A stretch of 63,311 nt of DNA from Chiloscyllium plagiosum (lineage: Eukaryota), in NCBI RefSeq assembly GCF_004010195.1, contig NC_057718.1, positions 35,478,161 to 35,541,471 of the forward strand, written 5' to 3'. Shown piece by piece: positions 48,527 through 61,170 of the stretch; the stretch's first letter is position 1; each line of letters starts with the position of its first letter. The notes beneath the pieces are model-generated. The model saw nothing but the letters and a program-made list of their open reading frames with translations. It ran no database searches and was not told the DNA's origin. A program made the translations under genes and the position numbers.

Positions 48527-48765
48527 GGTGGGTGGCACTGACTGTGTGGAGTTTGCATGTTCTCCCCGTGTCTGCATGGGTTTCCTCCGGGTGCTCCGGT
48601 TTCCTCCCACAGTCCAAAAATGTGCAGGTCAGGTGAATTGGCCATGCTAAATTGCCCATAGTGTTAGGTAAGGGGTAAATGTAGGGGTATGGGTGGGTTG
48701 CGCTTCGGCGGGGCGGTGTGGACTTGTTGGGCCAAAGGGCCTGTTTCCACACTGTAAGTAATCTA
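48527..48765 (+). mobile_element. HE1-type SINE, partial
   Basis: GACTGTGTGGAGTTTGCATGTTCTCCCCGTGTCTGC...CCTGTTTCCACACTGTAAGTAATCTA. Confidence 0.8.
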
Positions 48766-49367
48766 AACTATATCAAATACTGATAGTGGTGGTCTTCTGA
48801 AGAAATCTTCAGCAGTACAAAAGCCAGTACCATCCAAGGAGAAGAAAGAAGGAAAACATGGCAGTATGAAAACACACAAGCGGTAAGTTTCTGTGAAGGC
48901 AGCACACTGGCAGTTAGAAAAGGCTGCAGAAGCAATAGAGGTACTCAGCCTGTCTGTAGAAGTTGGACACTGTTATAAATGGTAGAAAATACATTAAAAA
49001 ACTGAAGATCACAAAGCCTTATCAAAGCTACAAATCATAAAGCTGGACATGTAATGCAGTTGATATCTGATACCTGACATTAGTTCCTTTGAGGAAGGAT
49101 CAAAATTCTCAGATTAAAGCATGAGAAGCTAAAAGAAGACTTAAATTGCTGTGTTTAGTAAATGAGCATCATTACAATCACTTAAATGTTTTGGAAACAT
49201 GACAGAAAAAAAATCTTAAGAAAAAGAAGCTCTCTTTAAACTCTTAAAGTAATTGTGAAGGGATTTACTAAAGAAAATTGTTAATTTAGCAGTATAAGAG
49301 CAAATAATGAGAGTGAAAACGTCAAAAGCAGAAGAAAGACGCACTAAAAATCATCATTTTAACACAG

Positions 49368-50562
49368 AGTCATAGAGATGTACAGCACAGAAACAGACCC
49401 TTCGGTCCAACCCATCCATGCCGACCAGATATCCCAACCCAAACTATGTCCCACCTGCCAACACCCAGCCCATATCCCTCCAAACCCTTCCTATACACAT
49501 CCAAATGCTTTTTAAATGTTGCAATTGTACCAACCTCCACCATTTCCTCTGGCAGCTCATTCCATACACGTACCACCCTCTGTGTGAAAAAGTTGCCCCT
49601 TAGGTCTCTTTTATATCTTTCCCCTCTCACCCTAAACCTATGCCCCCTAGTTCTGGACTCCCCATCCCAGGGAAAAGACCTTGTCTATTTATCCTATCTG
49701 TGCACATCTATTTTGAAAACCTCTATAAGGTCACCCCTCAGCCTCCGACGCTCCAGGAAAAACAGCCCCAGCCTATTTAGCCTCTCCCTATAGCTCAAAT
49801 CATCCAATCCTGGCAACATCCTTGTAAATCTTTTCTGAACCCTTTCAAGTTTCACAACATCTTTCCAATCGGAAAGAGATCAGAATTGCACACAATATTC
49901 CAACGGTGGCCTGACCAATGTCCTGTACAGCCGCAACATGGCCTCCAAACTCCTGTACTCAATTCTCTGACCAATAAAGGAAAGCATACCAAACGCCTTC
50001 TTCACTAGCCTATCTACCTGTCACTCCACTTTCGAGGAGCTATGAACCTGCACTCCAAGGTCTCTTTGTTCAGCAACACTCCCGAGGAACTTACCATTAA
50101 GTGTATGAGTCCTGCTAAGATTTGCTTTCCCAAAATGCAACATCTCGCATTTATCTGAATTAAACTCCATCTGCCACTTCTCAGTGCATTGGTCTATCCA
50201 ATCAAGATCCCACTGTAATCTGAGGTAGCCTTCTTCGCTGTCCACTACACCTCCAATTTTATTGTCATCTGCAAACTTACTAACTATAACCTCTTATACT
50301 CACATCCAAATCATTTATATAGATGAGAAAAAGTAGTGGACCCAGCACCAATCCTTGTGGCACTCCACTGGTCACAGGCCTCCAGTCTGAAAAACAACCC
50401 TCCACCACCACCCTCTGTCTTCTACCTTTGAGCCAGTTCTGTATCCAAATGGCTAGTTCTCCCTGTATTCCATGAGATCTAACCTTGCTAACCAGTCTCC
50501 CATTGGGAACCTTGTCAAATGCCTTACTGAAGTCCATATAGGTCCCATCTACCACTCTGCCC
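49368..50562 (-). mobile_element. CR1 LINE, 5'-truncated
   Basis: [59 protein letters not shown]. Confidence 0.9.
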
Positions 50563-51470
50563 TTCCTAGATGTCACAGTGGAATGAACAGTTAATGGAGA
50601 ACTGCAGAGCAGTGTCTACAGGAAAGCAACACACAGACCAGATACTTAACTGCAGAAACAATTATCCCAACACCCACAAACGGACATTTTAAAATGGGCC
50701 ACAACACTCTGCAGCATACAGGAATTACGAATAGCAGAAGAAACATTCCTACACAGCGTTTTCAAGAAGAATGGGTACCCGATAAACACAATCCACTCAT
50801 TCTTAAACAACAAACCAAAACAAGTAGACACAACACGCCCATACACTCTAACCATGCTACCATACATCAAAGACATCTTGGAGATGACTACCACACTACT
50901 CCGACCCTTTGGCATCATGATAGCCCACAAACATGCAACACATTGAAACAGCTACTGATGAACCTTAAAGACCCAATAACAACAACCAGCAAAATTAATG
51001 TCATTTACAAAATACTCTGCAAAGACTGTGACAAACACTACATCGGACAGACAGGCAGAAAACTAGCCACCAGGATACACGATCACCAACTTGACATGAC
51101 CAACTATTACTAGTATCCTTGCATACAGACGAAGAAGGATACCACTTTGGGACAACACATCCATCCTAGAACAGGCTAAACAGAGACCCGCACAGGAATT
51201 CCTAGAGACCTAGCATTCAAACCGGAATTCCATCAATAAACAGTTCGATTTGGACCCCATTTACCAACCTCTGAGAAAAAGAACCAGAAATGATATCACC
51301 CACCTTAATGTGTCACCAAGAAACGTAAATAGAAAGTGGAATAGAACATCAGTGCTTCACCAGAGGCTCACTGATGATGTTACCTAGCGTGGTGATGAAA
51401 CCTCTGAAAACAAACTTGCCAGTTCACTTACAACCTGAAACCCAACTTGAGTTACAAATCTGAAATATCG
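50561..51470 (+). mobile_element. Penelope-like element, 5'-truncated (RT thumb, GIY-YIG, pLTR with hammerhead-like motif at 51367-51408)
   Basis: PFLDVTV...VYRKATHTDQIL; NVIYKILCKDCDKHYIGQTGRKLATRIHDHQ. Confidence 0.85.
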
Positions 51471-53019
51471 CATTCANNNNNNNNNNNNNNNNNNNNNNNN
51501 NNNNNNNNNNNNNNNNNNNNNNNNNNNNNNNNNNNNNNNNNNNNNNNNNNNNNNNNNNNNNNNNNNNNNNNNNNNNNNNNNNNNNNNNNNNNNNNNNNNN
51601 NNNNNNNNNNNNNNNNNNNNNNNNNNNNNNNNNNNNNNNNNNNNNNNNNNNNNNNNNNNNNNNNNNNNNNNNNNNNNNNNNNNNNNNNNNNNNNNNNNNN
51701 NNNNNNNNNNNNNNNNNNNNNNNNNNNNNNNNNNNNNNNNNNNNNNNNNNNNNNNNNNNNNNNNNNNNNNNNNNNNNNNNNNNNNNNNNNNNNNNNNNNN
51801 NNNNNNNNNNNNNNNNNNNNNNNNNNNNNNNNNNNNNNNNNNNNNNNNNNNNNNNNNNNNNNNNNNNNNNNNNNNNNNNNNNNNNNNNNNNNNNNNNNNN
51901 NNNNNNNNNNNNNNNNNNNNNNNNNNNNNNNNNNNNNNNNNNNNNNNNNNNNNNNNNNNNNNNNNNNNNNNNNNNNCAAATTAAATATAATCTGCATTGC
52001 TGCATGTCAGGTAGTATATAGTCTGCATTTCACATGTATCATAATACCATGGGTCCATGATCAGAGTTAAAAATCACACAACACAAGGTTATAGTCCAAC
52101 AGGTTTATTTGGAAGCACTTCAAATCCATGTTCAGAGGTCACTATTTTTCCTGTGTCTCTGAACCAGTGAGCTGACCTTTGATAGTGTATGTCCTTGATC
52201 TCACTGCTCTAAGTTAAAGCAAGGTCAAGTTGCTTGATCCTAGAGGACCATTGGGTTGCTTTCTCATTAAGAAGGACAACAGGTGCTGGTTTAACCTGAG
52301 GGTCGGTGAGGTGGAGAAGTTGGGACCCTCATGGTGACCTCAGCCTGTAGCACCTGATAAGTAGTGCTGAGCCTTCCTATGGAGCAGGGTGCCAGTACCA
52401 GAGGTGGTTTGAGAGATACTTCCACCCACTGCTCTGCCCCTCTCCCCTCAAACCATTTTCGTGAGTTGAGGCATCCACTAGCATTACAAAGCAGAGAGTT
52501 CACCCCTACCAGGAAACAAATTACAGCAAGGGGTACCACCAGCAATAATTTGAATTTATATAGTTCCCTCAAATAGGTCAACAACGTCAATGCACTTGGC
52601 AGAGATGGTCAAACACATAAATGATGCTTAGACAGGTTTGATAAAGAAGGTCGACAGTCAGAGAGGTTCAAGAATGGAACGTGAGAGCTTGGGACAAAAC
52701 CTGAGACTGGGGCTGCTGTGGAAATGGTCTCTTACATTTTTATTTAAGGCCTTTGAGTGAGCTCAGGGCTAGGGGAGATGTATGCACATGTCCTAATGGA
52801 TGACCACTCCTTCAATTTGGTTCCCAAATGTCACCAAAAGTAACTGCTTAGGTTATGTACACCCTTGAAAGGATACACCATGTAAAAAGAAGCCTTCAGG
52901 GAAAGAGGGCACCCACTGCAACAATCTTGTTATTTTTATACCCATTCCAACTGTTCCTGCAGCAGAATGGCAATTTCAGTCTAATAGTAATCACTATGGA
53001 TATATGCATGAGGGTGCCA

Positions 53020-53330
53020 GGCTTTGTTTAGTGATAACAGTTTTACTGCTGAGTTAGAAACTTATAAGTTTCAATCCCACTCCTCCCTCTAAACAATATA
53101 GGATGGCACTTAAGTGAAGTACTGTAAGGGTGCTGCATCATTAATGGTGTTATATTTTGGATAAGACAGTAAATTGAGGCCCATTTGTCTTTGCCGGCAG
53201 AATAACAGGGTCTAAGCACAATTTGAAGAGGGCAAGAGATGTTATCTTTGCAACTCTTGAGGGCTACTATGCTTTCCTATCGTATAGTACTGGCTACATA
53301 TTCTTCATTAGAAATTACTCAGTTGTCTTG
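53020..53330 (+). mobile_element. Highly decayed DeuSINE-like SINE
   Basis: GTGAAGTACTGTAAGGGTGCTGCA...GGATAAGACAGTAAATTGAGGCCC...GCACAATTTGAAGAGGGCA. Confidence 0.4.
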
Positions 53331-53710
53331 ATCTCTGTGTTGCATTTAATTAGAGTTGAGGGAGGGGTGTATTGAAATAGTGAAAATGAAAAGCAAAATT
53401 GCATCCAGTAAAATACAAATGCAAGCTATTTTTCTAAGTAGATAGATTCAGGCACAACTGGGTCAAATAACCTACTCCTGTATCATTCAATAATCATTGA
53501 AATCTGTTTCAAAGGTGGAGCTGACACAGAGACAGAAGGGATACATTGTCATAATGTATTAATTTATTAGTTAAATTTTGTTGTAAATCAATACTCATTA
53601 AATGAACATCATCATTATTGATGTATGTTTTAGCATGTTATTAATTCTCAATTACTTCTTGAAATCTGAAGGCTTTTGACTAAACTGTGTTTTATAATAA
53701 TGCCTTCCAG

Positions 53711-53789
53711 GCACAGTGGCCAGTTAAAAGTAATGTTTGTTGGAGGACCTAATGAAAGGAAAGATTACCACATAGAAGAAGGAGAAGAG
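53711..53789 (+). CDS. HAAO: 3-hydroxyanthranilate 3,4-dioxygenase, internal exon (equivalent to human coding exon 2)
   Basis: ttccag|G CAC AGT GGC...GAA GAG|gtaaaa; 79 bp, encodes (M)[26 protein letters not shown], matching HAAO [22 protein letters not shown] with the iron-binding His and Glu. Confidence 0.96.
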
Positions 53790-54129
53790 GTAAAACATAA
53801 TTATTCCATGGTCATTGTACATACAGGAATATAAGAGATCAGAAAATATTTCATATCCTTCTCATTCCATTTTTCTCAGTGGAATGAAGGTATGTACCTA
53901 TCTCACTTCTGTATTCACCCAATACTCACACCAGAAGTCAAAATAGCTTTTATACTCCTGAGGGCTCTTCTTGAAATTTTCTTGAGGGCTACATTTTGAT
54001 TTTCAGAAACTTTCTTTTTATTTTCTCTAACTCCTCCATTGGGTGATGCAGTCACTTAGTGACAATGCCTTCTGTATTTCTCTTGCTGTCTGGACCATTT
54101 GGACTTACAGGAGCAAAATGAGAAGAATT

Positions 54130-55450
54130 CAACAGGTTTCACAGCAGGAAAATGCCATTCAGCCCCTCAAGCCAGCTTAACCATTTAATATAATCATAGT
54201 TAATCTTATCTTGGCCTTAACTCCACTTTCCTGTCCGCTCCCCATTACTATTACTAATTAAAGATCTGTCTATCTCCTCCTTAAATTTATTCATGTTTCG
54301 ACATCCACCGTACTGCAAGATCGTGAATTCCCAAGATTCACAACCCTTTGAGAGAAATAATTCCTCCTTATCTCTGTTTTAGATCTACCATCCCTTAATG
54401 TAAAACTGTGACCTTTCATTCTAGATTGCCTCACAACGGAAAACATCTGCTGTACCTCTACGTTAGTCAATCACCTGTACTAGCATGTTTTATGTCTCAA
54501 TTGAATCTCCAATCATTCATCTAATCTTGAGTGAATAAAGATCTCAATTTGCCATCATGAGACAAAGCTTTCATCTCTAAAATTAGTCAAGAGAGCCTTC
54601 TCTGAACAGCTTCCAAAGTAATTGCATTCTTCCTCAAGTAAGTGGACTAAAATTGTACACAGTACACCAGATGCAGTCTCATCAATGCCTTGTACAGTTG
54701 TAACAGCACTTCCCTACTTTTATACTTCATTCCTTGAGCAATAAACACTAAAATTCTGTTTGCCCTCCTGATCACTTGCTGTATCTGCATACTAGCTTTC
54801 TGTGGTTCATGCACCACAATACTCAGATCCCTTTGCATTGAAGCATTTTGAAGTTTCTTTCCATTTAAATAATGTGCTGCCTTTTTATTCTTCTGACCAA
54901 CTAGAAGGCATAGATTTAAGGTGAAAGGGGAAAGTTTTAAAAGTTTCCTGAGGGGCAACTATTGCATGCAGCGGTTGGTGCGTGTGTGGAATGAGCTGCC
55001 AGAGGAGGTAGTGCTGGGACAATTACAACATTTAAAGGACATGAATAGGAAGGGTTCAGAGGGATAGGGTCAAATGCTGGCAAATGGGACTAGATCTGGT
55101 TGGCTTGGGCAGGAAGGAAGGGTCTGTTTCTATGCTGTATAACTCAATGATTCTATAACATATTATGATTAAATCCCTGCCAAATTTTGGATCATTCATC
55201 TAACCTATTCATATCCATTTGTAAGTTTCTCATTTCTTCATTGCAACTTATTTTACCACCTATTTTAGTGTCATCTGTAAATTTAGTTACGGTACCTTCT
55301 ATCCCTGCATCCAAATATTATAAATAGTGGTGCCTAAGGTCTGACTGAACCCTGTGGCACCTCACTAGTTATAACTAGTCAACAAAAAAAGACTTCTTTA
55401 TCCTGAGTCTGTTTTCTGCTGGTAAGCCAGTTCTCTATCCAAGCTAATAT
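54130..55450 (-). mobile_element. Decayed CR1 LINE with a nested + strand CR1 tail (~54900-55155)
   Basis: YKSREVLLQLYKALMRLHLVYCVQF on the minus strand; nested TGGAATGAGCTGCCAGAGGAGG on the plus strand. Confidence 0.7.
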
Positions 55451-55464
55451 ACACCAAATGTGTA

Positions 55465-56408
55465 GTGTGTCAACGTTTGCAGGTGACACTTAAGATAAGT
55501 GGTGGAGCAAAGTGTGCAGAGGACTGTGAAACTTTGCAGAGGGACATAGATAGTTTAAGTAAGTGGGCAAAGGTCAGCATTTGGAGTACAATGTCAATAA
55601 ATGTGAAGTCATCCATTTTGGTAGGAATAACAGTACAAAGGACTACTGTTTGAGTTGTAAAAAAATTGCAGCATGCTGCTGTGCAGAGGGACCTGGGTGT
55701 CCTTGTGCATGAATCACAGAAGGTTGGTCTGCAGGTACAACAGGTAATTAAGAAGGCGAATGGAATTTTGTCCTTCATTGCTAAAGGGATTGAATATAAA
55801 AGTAGGGAGGTTATGTTGCAGCTGCATAGCGTGCTGGTGAGTGCATACCTGGAGTACTATGTGCAGTTTTGGTCTCCTTACTTGAGAAAGGATATACTGG
55901 CAGTAGAGGGGGTACAGAGGAGGTTCACAAGTTGATTCCGGAGTTGAGGGGGTTGGCTTATGAGGCAAGACTGAGTAGACTGGGATTATATTCATTGGAA
56001 GTTAGAAGAATAAGGAGGGATCTTACAGAAACATATAAAATTATGAAGAGAATAGATAAGATAGAAGGAGAGAGGATGTTCCACTGGCAGGTGAAACTAG
56101 GACAAGAAGGCACAGCCTTAAAATTAGGGGAAGCAGATTTGGGACCGAATTGAGAAGGAACTTCTTCACCCAGAGAGTTGTGAATCTATGGAATTCCATA
56201 CCGAGCGACATAGCTGAGGCGTCCTCATTTAATGTTTTTAAAACTAACATAGGTAATTCGTTGAACAGTAAAGGAATTAAGGGTTATAGTAAGAGGGTGA
56301 GTAAGTGGAGCTGAGGCCATGAAAAGATCAGCCATGATCTTATTGAATGTGGCGCAGGCTCGAAGGGCCAGATGGCCTACTCCTGCTCCTATTTCTTACG
56401 TTCTTATG
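55465..56408 (+). mobile_element. CR1 LINE 3' portion
   Basis: QRDLGVLVHESQK...LEYYVQFWSPYLRKDIL..EGVQRRFT; LGLYSLE; TTCTTA(C/T)G tail. Confidence 0.85.
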
Positions 56409-58885
56409 TTTTTATTACTTCTGTATCCTCAATAATTATCAACAAAATTTAAAACTCAAATTTCCTGGACATCACAGTATTTCAAGACATGATGTTAGTA
56501 GCAAAACTTTTGTTCAGGAACTGACACACACTTACTAAAAGGTGCATAACTTGCTACCTGTGACTTCCTTGAATGAATGTTTTTATTGTCACATGTATTT
56601 TACAGTGAGGAATATGGTAAAAGACAGTGAAAAGCTTTTCCACTATTGGCATCATCCTGCACCATTTTGAATAGTTTAAGACTAAGAGAAAAAATAGAAA
56701 GATATAGCTTGGAGCGAGTCCATTAGTCCTGAGCCAACTCATAATCAACAATACCTGTGCCGCTATTTCTTTTCCACTGCCTTGCGCCGTCTATATCGGA
56801 CCCAATCAAGGTTGAAGGTGCCATACTTCAGGCATCATATTTTGCTCTGGGCTGATTCTCCTCCATCACTGCGACCTGCAGCGGACTCACCGACATTAGT
56901 GTTGTATCTTTTACCCCTGGGCCCACCTTGTCAATGTCGTTGTGATGCCCTTCCATCACCGCTTCACCACCGCCAGTGCCAGACCCAACCAACAATGAAG
57001 TTGCTGATGCTCAGGCTCTATCCTTCGCTGCTGGGCCTTGCCTTGCAAATGTCACCTCCACCAATGTAGCAGCTGCGGATTCCAATGCCTGGTCTCACGG
57101 TTGTCCAGGAAAAGTAGGCAAGTGCCCACTCACATGCAATCTGGGTTCACTCGCCTTCGCCATGAGGTCTGTGCTGGGCTCACTTAACGCTGCCATGAGT
57201 CCACGCTGGGATTGCTTGCTACCGCTGATGCCATCCAAGCTCAGGACAAGAGGTAAGAAAATAAAAAGAGAGGAAAAAAAAGAAAAGAGAAAGATAAAAA
57301 TGAAGAAAGGAAAAGTGGACAAAGTGAATGAACCCCAGCTCAGGAGCCCTACTTTGCTAGCATCTTGATGGCATATGAAGTTTTCCTGCCTCCCAATTAG
57401 TTCGGAATGTGCTTTTTTTTTAAAGTCAACCTGCTCAGACAAGTTATAGCACAACTTTGTGAACAGGTGGGACTTGAATCCAGACTTGCTGGTCCAGAGG
57501 TAGGAGCATTGTCACTCTTCTGCAACAACCATCATCTAGTTAAGCTTTTGTTGACAGGTTCCCCTTGGCAACACCTCCAACCTCCTGCCCCCAACCACCA
57601 CCTTTCCAGTCACTTGGCTTCTTAGTGATATTTTTCTGATTTGCTTGCACCCATAATTTCTTTTGGCTGTGATTTCACCCATTGTCCCATGTATATTGAG
57701 GGCTGAACCACATACTAGTACATTCCAGGTCACTGAATGGAAACCGGAATTTTCAACTGTTACCCCTCTAAATTAGGATTGATGAAGCTATTTGCAGCAT
57801 ACAAACTGCTTGCTCAGCTGATTATGGAGGAACGGCTTGGCATCAGCTAACACAGGCACATAATAAAACTGGGACATTTCATTTGTATAACTTTGTGCTA
57901 CTTTATGCTTCTTACCTTTTCTGTGTACTCACTGAGAAAACTATCCTGTTCCATGACACATAAATTCTTTGCCTTTCTGAAGAATCTGCTTGGATAACCA
58001 CTTTCAGACCTCACTATAGTTTTGCTGTTGATGTTAATGATGTTTTTTTTTGAAATTTCAATTCATTTTTGTGAAAAAATTGAAAGTTGTGATATAAGTA
58101 TTTATAAATATTATATATTAACCTACAATTTTAGGTTATTTACCTAATATAAAGCAATTTGAAACAAATGTTTTGAAATACACAAATACGTCAGATCAGA
58201 GCATTTGCTAAGTGCTTAAGAAAATATTGGGCAACAGGATTTCAAAATCCAGACAGTCAGCAATATGAGTTAATGGCTGGTAAATGATTAAGTCACTTTA
58301 ATTTCTTTCCAGTATTACTGATTAACCTGTAAAATCTCTTTCTTACTACTTTTGCCAGTTATTTTCTGCTCAGAATTTAACCCCTTGCTTCTTGTATTGT
58401 GCAGGCTCTTTGAACAGTCATATATTTACTACTCAGTGAGGAATATTGCAGTACACCACTCACACAGATATTAACTTAAACTGTCTGGAAATAAAACGAT
58501 AGAAATTGGATTGGGAAAATAAAATATATCCTCTGCAGCAAATGTGGTATTAACTTTAAAACTGGATGGCATGAAAGTTAGCAATTTCCCTGGGAAGTTT
58601 TTTTTAATGAAAATATAGTTATAGCCGTGTTTTGAATAGTTGAAGCGATGATCCTAGTTAATAAAATAATTTTTGAGAATTGCTGATAAAAGATATATTT
58701 TGTCAATGCTAAGTGTTAGGCATCATCTCATTGGTGCATTCTCCATGCACTTTTCACTGCTGTTAAATTATTAAACTGGACAAGCAAAAAGTTTTTCCAG
58801 CTAAATATTGGAAGTCTAAACCACTGTTTTCAGTCCCAACTCCAAACTCCGTTCCCTATTTCTGGTCTCAGTCTGAGATAAAGCA

Positions 58886-59103
58886 TGATTCGGAGATGCC
58901 GGTGTTGGACTGGGGTGTACAAAGTTAAAAATCACACAACACTGTATAATTTCAGTTACATCACACTGCAAATTTTTGCTATAAATTCTGTGTTACGATC
59001 GAGCCCTCCACAATCACCTGATGAAGGAGCGTCGCTCCGAAAGCTAGTGTGCTTCCAATTAAATCTGTTGGACTATAACCTGATGTTGTGTGATTTTTAA
59101 CTT
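58886..59103. mobile_element. Family B Penelope-derived element with short inverted arm
   Basis: 12-bp TSD TGAGATAAAGCA at 58874-58885 and 59104-59115; inverted AAAGTTAAAAATCACACAACA / TGTTGTGTGATTTTTAACTTT. Confidence 0.8.
59015..59049 (+). ncRNA. Minimal type-I hammerhead ribozyme motif (family B), sense strand of HAAO intron
   Basis: CAC-CTGATGA-A-GGAGC-GTC-GCTCC-GAAA-G-CTA-GTG, all core positions intact. Confidence 0.7.
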
Positions 59104-59529
59104 TGAGATAAAGCAGGCTGCTTTCAACCTTGGTTTCGCATTTAAATCACAAAACGAACTCCCAACATCATTCGTCATTAAGATGCCTATTTTTGTCTCC
59201 ACAGTACTGCCTGACTCTATTCTGCCTCAGCTCATTTGCAGCTGAACTCACTATATATGACCTTGTTACCTCTATATTCGACACATACTAAAGAGGTCAT
59301 CTCAGACTTGAAATCTAACACCTGAAATGTTGAATTTTCCACCTCCTGATGCTGCCTAGCTTGCTGTGTTCTTCCAGCCTCCTGCTTGTCTGCCTTGGAT
59401 TCCAGCACTTGTAATTTTTTTTGTCTCTAACTCTGTTTCTCAGCAGATGTTGCCAGACTTACTGAGTTTCTCCAGCATTCTCTGTATTTGTAGATTTCCA
59501 ACATCTATAGTATTTTCCTTTCATTTTTC

Positions 59530-60065
59530 CAACAAATTGCTGGCTGGTCTCCCACATTTTACTCTCCAAAAGCTTGGGGTCATCCAAAGCTCTGCTGGTC
59601 TTGTCTTAACTTGCAGCACAACATGACCCTTTTTCATCCTGCGCTTGCTGATTCACATTGAGTCCTATTGAAACAAAATTGGAACTTTAAAATTTTCATC
59701 CTTGTTCTTGAGCTCTCTGTGGTACTGTCCCTCCTTATTTCTGTGATCTCGTCCAGCTCCACAAATCCTAGATATGTGTGCTTCTCTAATTCTAGCTTCT
59801 CATCCATCCTCAATTTTAATTGTTCTACCATTTATGTCCATTCCTTTAGTTGTATAAGCCCCAGGCTCCTGAATTGCTTTAAACTGCTCTATTGTATCTT
59901 GTTTTTCTTTATTAATACACTGCTTTAAATGAGCCTCTTTGACCAAATATTTGGCTGCCTGACCTAACACTCCTATGTGTGACTCACTATCCTACTTGAT
60001 TTTATAATAGATAATCCATTGAAGCTGTTTGGGACATTTCATTACATTAACAACATATAAGTTAT
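59530..60065 (+). mobile_element. L2 LINE 3' end (decayed)
   Basis: LLAGLPHFTLQKLGVIQSSA...FKIFILV, the typical L2 ORF2 terminus. Confidence 0.6.
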
Positions 60066-60149
60066 TGTTGTTATTAAGAAGTGTTCTTATCAGTGCTCCC
60101 TGTTGTTTACATGCAAATTGGTCAGCCACCTCCAACACATGATAGACAT

Positions 60150-60660
60150 ATTTTTGAGAAGATTTGTAGCTCAGGTTGAGGTTCAGGTTGTAAGTTTGCT
60201 CACTGAGCTGGCAGGTTTGTTCTCAGACATTTCCTCACCATGCTGGGTAACATCATCAGTGAGCCTCCAGTGAAGCACTGATGTTCTGTCCCGCTTTCTA
60301 TTTATGTGTCTTGGTCTGTTAAGGTGAGTGATATTATTTCCGGTTCTTTTTCTCAGAGATTGGTAAATGGGGTCCAAATTGATGCGTTTATTGATGGAGT
60401 TCCAGGTTGAATGCCAGGCCTCGAGGAATTCCTGTAAGCGTCTCTGTTTAGCCTGTCCTACGATGGATGTGTTGTCGCAGTTGAAGTGGTGTCCTTCTTC
60501 ATCTGTATGTAAGGATAGTAGTGATAGTGTTTCATGTCCTTTGATGGCCAGTTGGTGATCGTGTATCCTGGAGGGTAGTTTTTTGCCTGTCTGCCCGATG
60601 TAGTGTTTGTTACATCCTTGCATGGTATTATGTAAATGACATTCATTTTTCTGGTTGTTG
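60150..60660 (-). mobile_element. Penelope-like element 3' end (GIY-YIG and pLTR; hammerhead-like motif 60222-60263)
   Basis: NVIYIIPCKD / KHYIGQTGKKLPSRIHDHQ / EFLEAWHS; minus strand CTCA-CTGATGA-T-GTTACC-CAGCAT-GGTGAG-GAAAT-GTC-TGAG. Confidence 0.85.
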
Positions 60661-61086
60661 GTCTGGTCATCAGTAGCTGTAAACAAGGTGGCTAGTTTCC
60701 TAACTAAAATTCACACCCCTGTCTTTGCCTCTGAACTTCCTCTCTCCATTACCCTACTGTACAAAATGAGTACGAAAGGTATTTATCTTGCTGCTGGAAG
60801 GCCAAAAAAGTAGACCCAAGGATTCAAATGCTGTCAGCTCATGCTCACCTGTCAGCAATCGGCACCAAGTTTTCTTGACGCTGGGACTGATGTGTTGATC
60901 ACCATCTAATGTGCTCACCTTGACATTCAAAGAAACCATGGGAACGTTCTGTTCCTGTTTTCCATTCTTTATCCACTTTCTTATTCAATTTTACCTTGTA
61001 GCAGCCTCGAAGTGAGCTAATAACATTTTGTGAAACAAAACAAATATTTGCTGATCAGGTATATTTTTCAATTCATTCTCTTTTAG

Positions 61087-61170
61087 TTGTTTTACCAATG
61101 TCAAGGTGACATGTGCCTGAAGATCATAGAGAAAGGAAAACATAAAGATGTGCATATTCGAGAAGGAGAG
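61087..61170 (+). CDS. HAAO: 3-hydroxyanthranilate 3,4-dioxygenase, internal exon (equivalent to human coding exon 3)
   Basis: ctcttttag|TTG TTT TAC...GGA GAG|gtaagt; 84 bp, phase 0/0, encodes LFYQCQGDMCLKIIEKGKHKDVHIREGE (human [28 protein letters not shown]); in frame with the previous exon. Confidence 0.95.

Noticed and set aside
51424..52070. ORFs of 181-207 aa in the track
   Set aside because: Composed of X residues from an N gap.
56750..57454. GC-richer tract with 95-130 aa ORFs inside the HAAO intron
   Set aside because: Low-complexity peptides with no HAAO or other similarity; probably an unclassified repeat.
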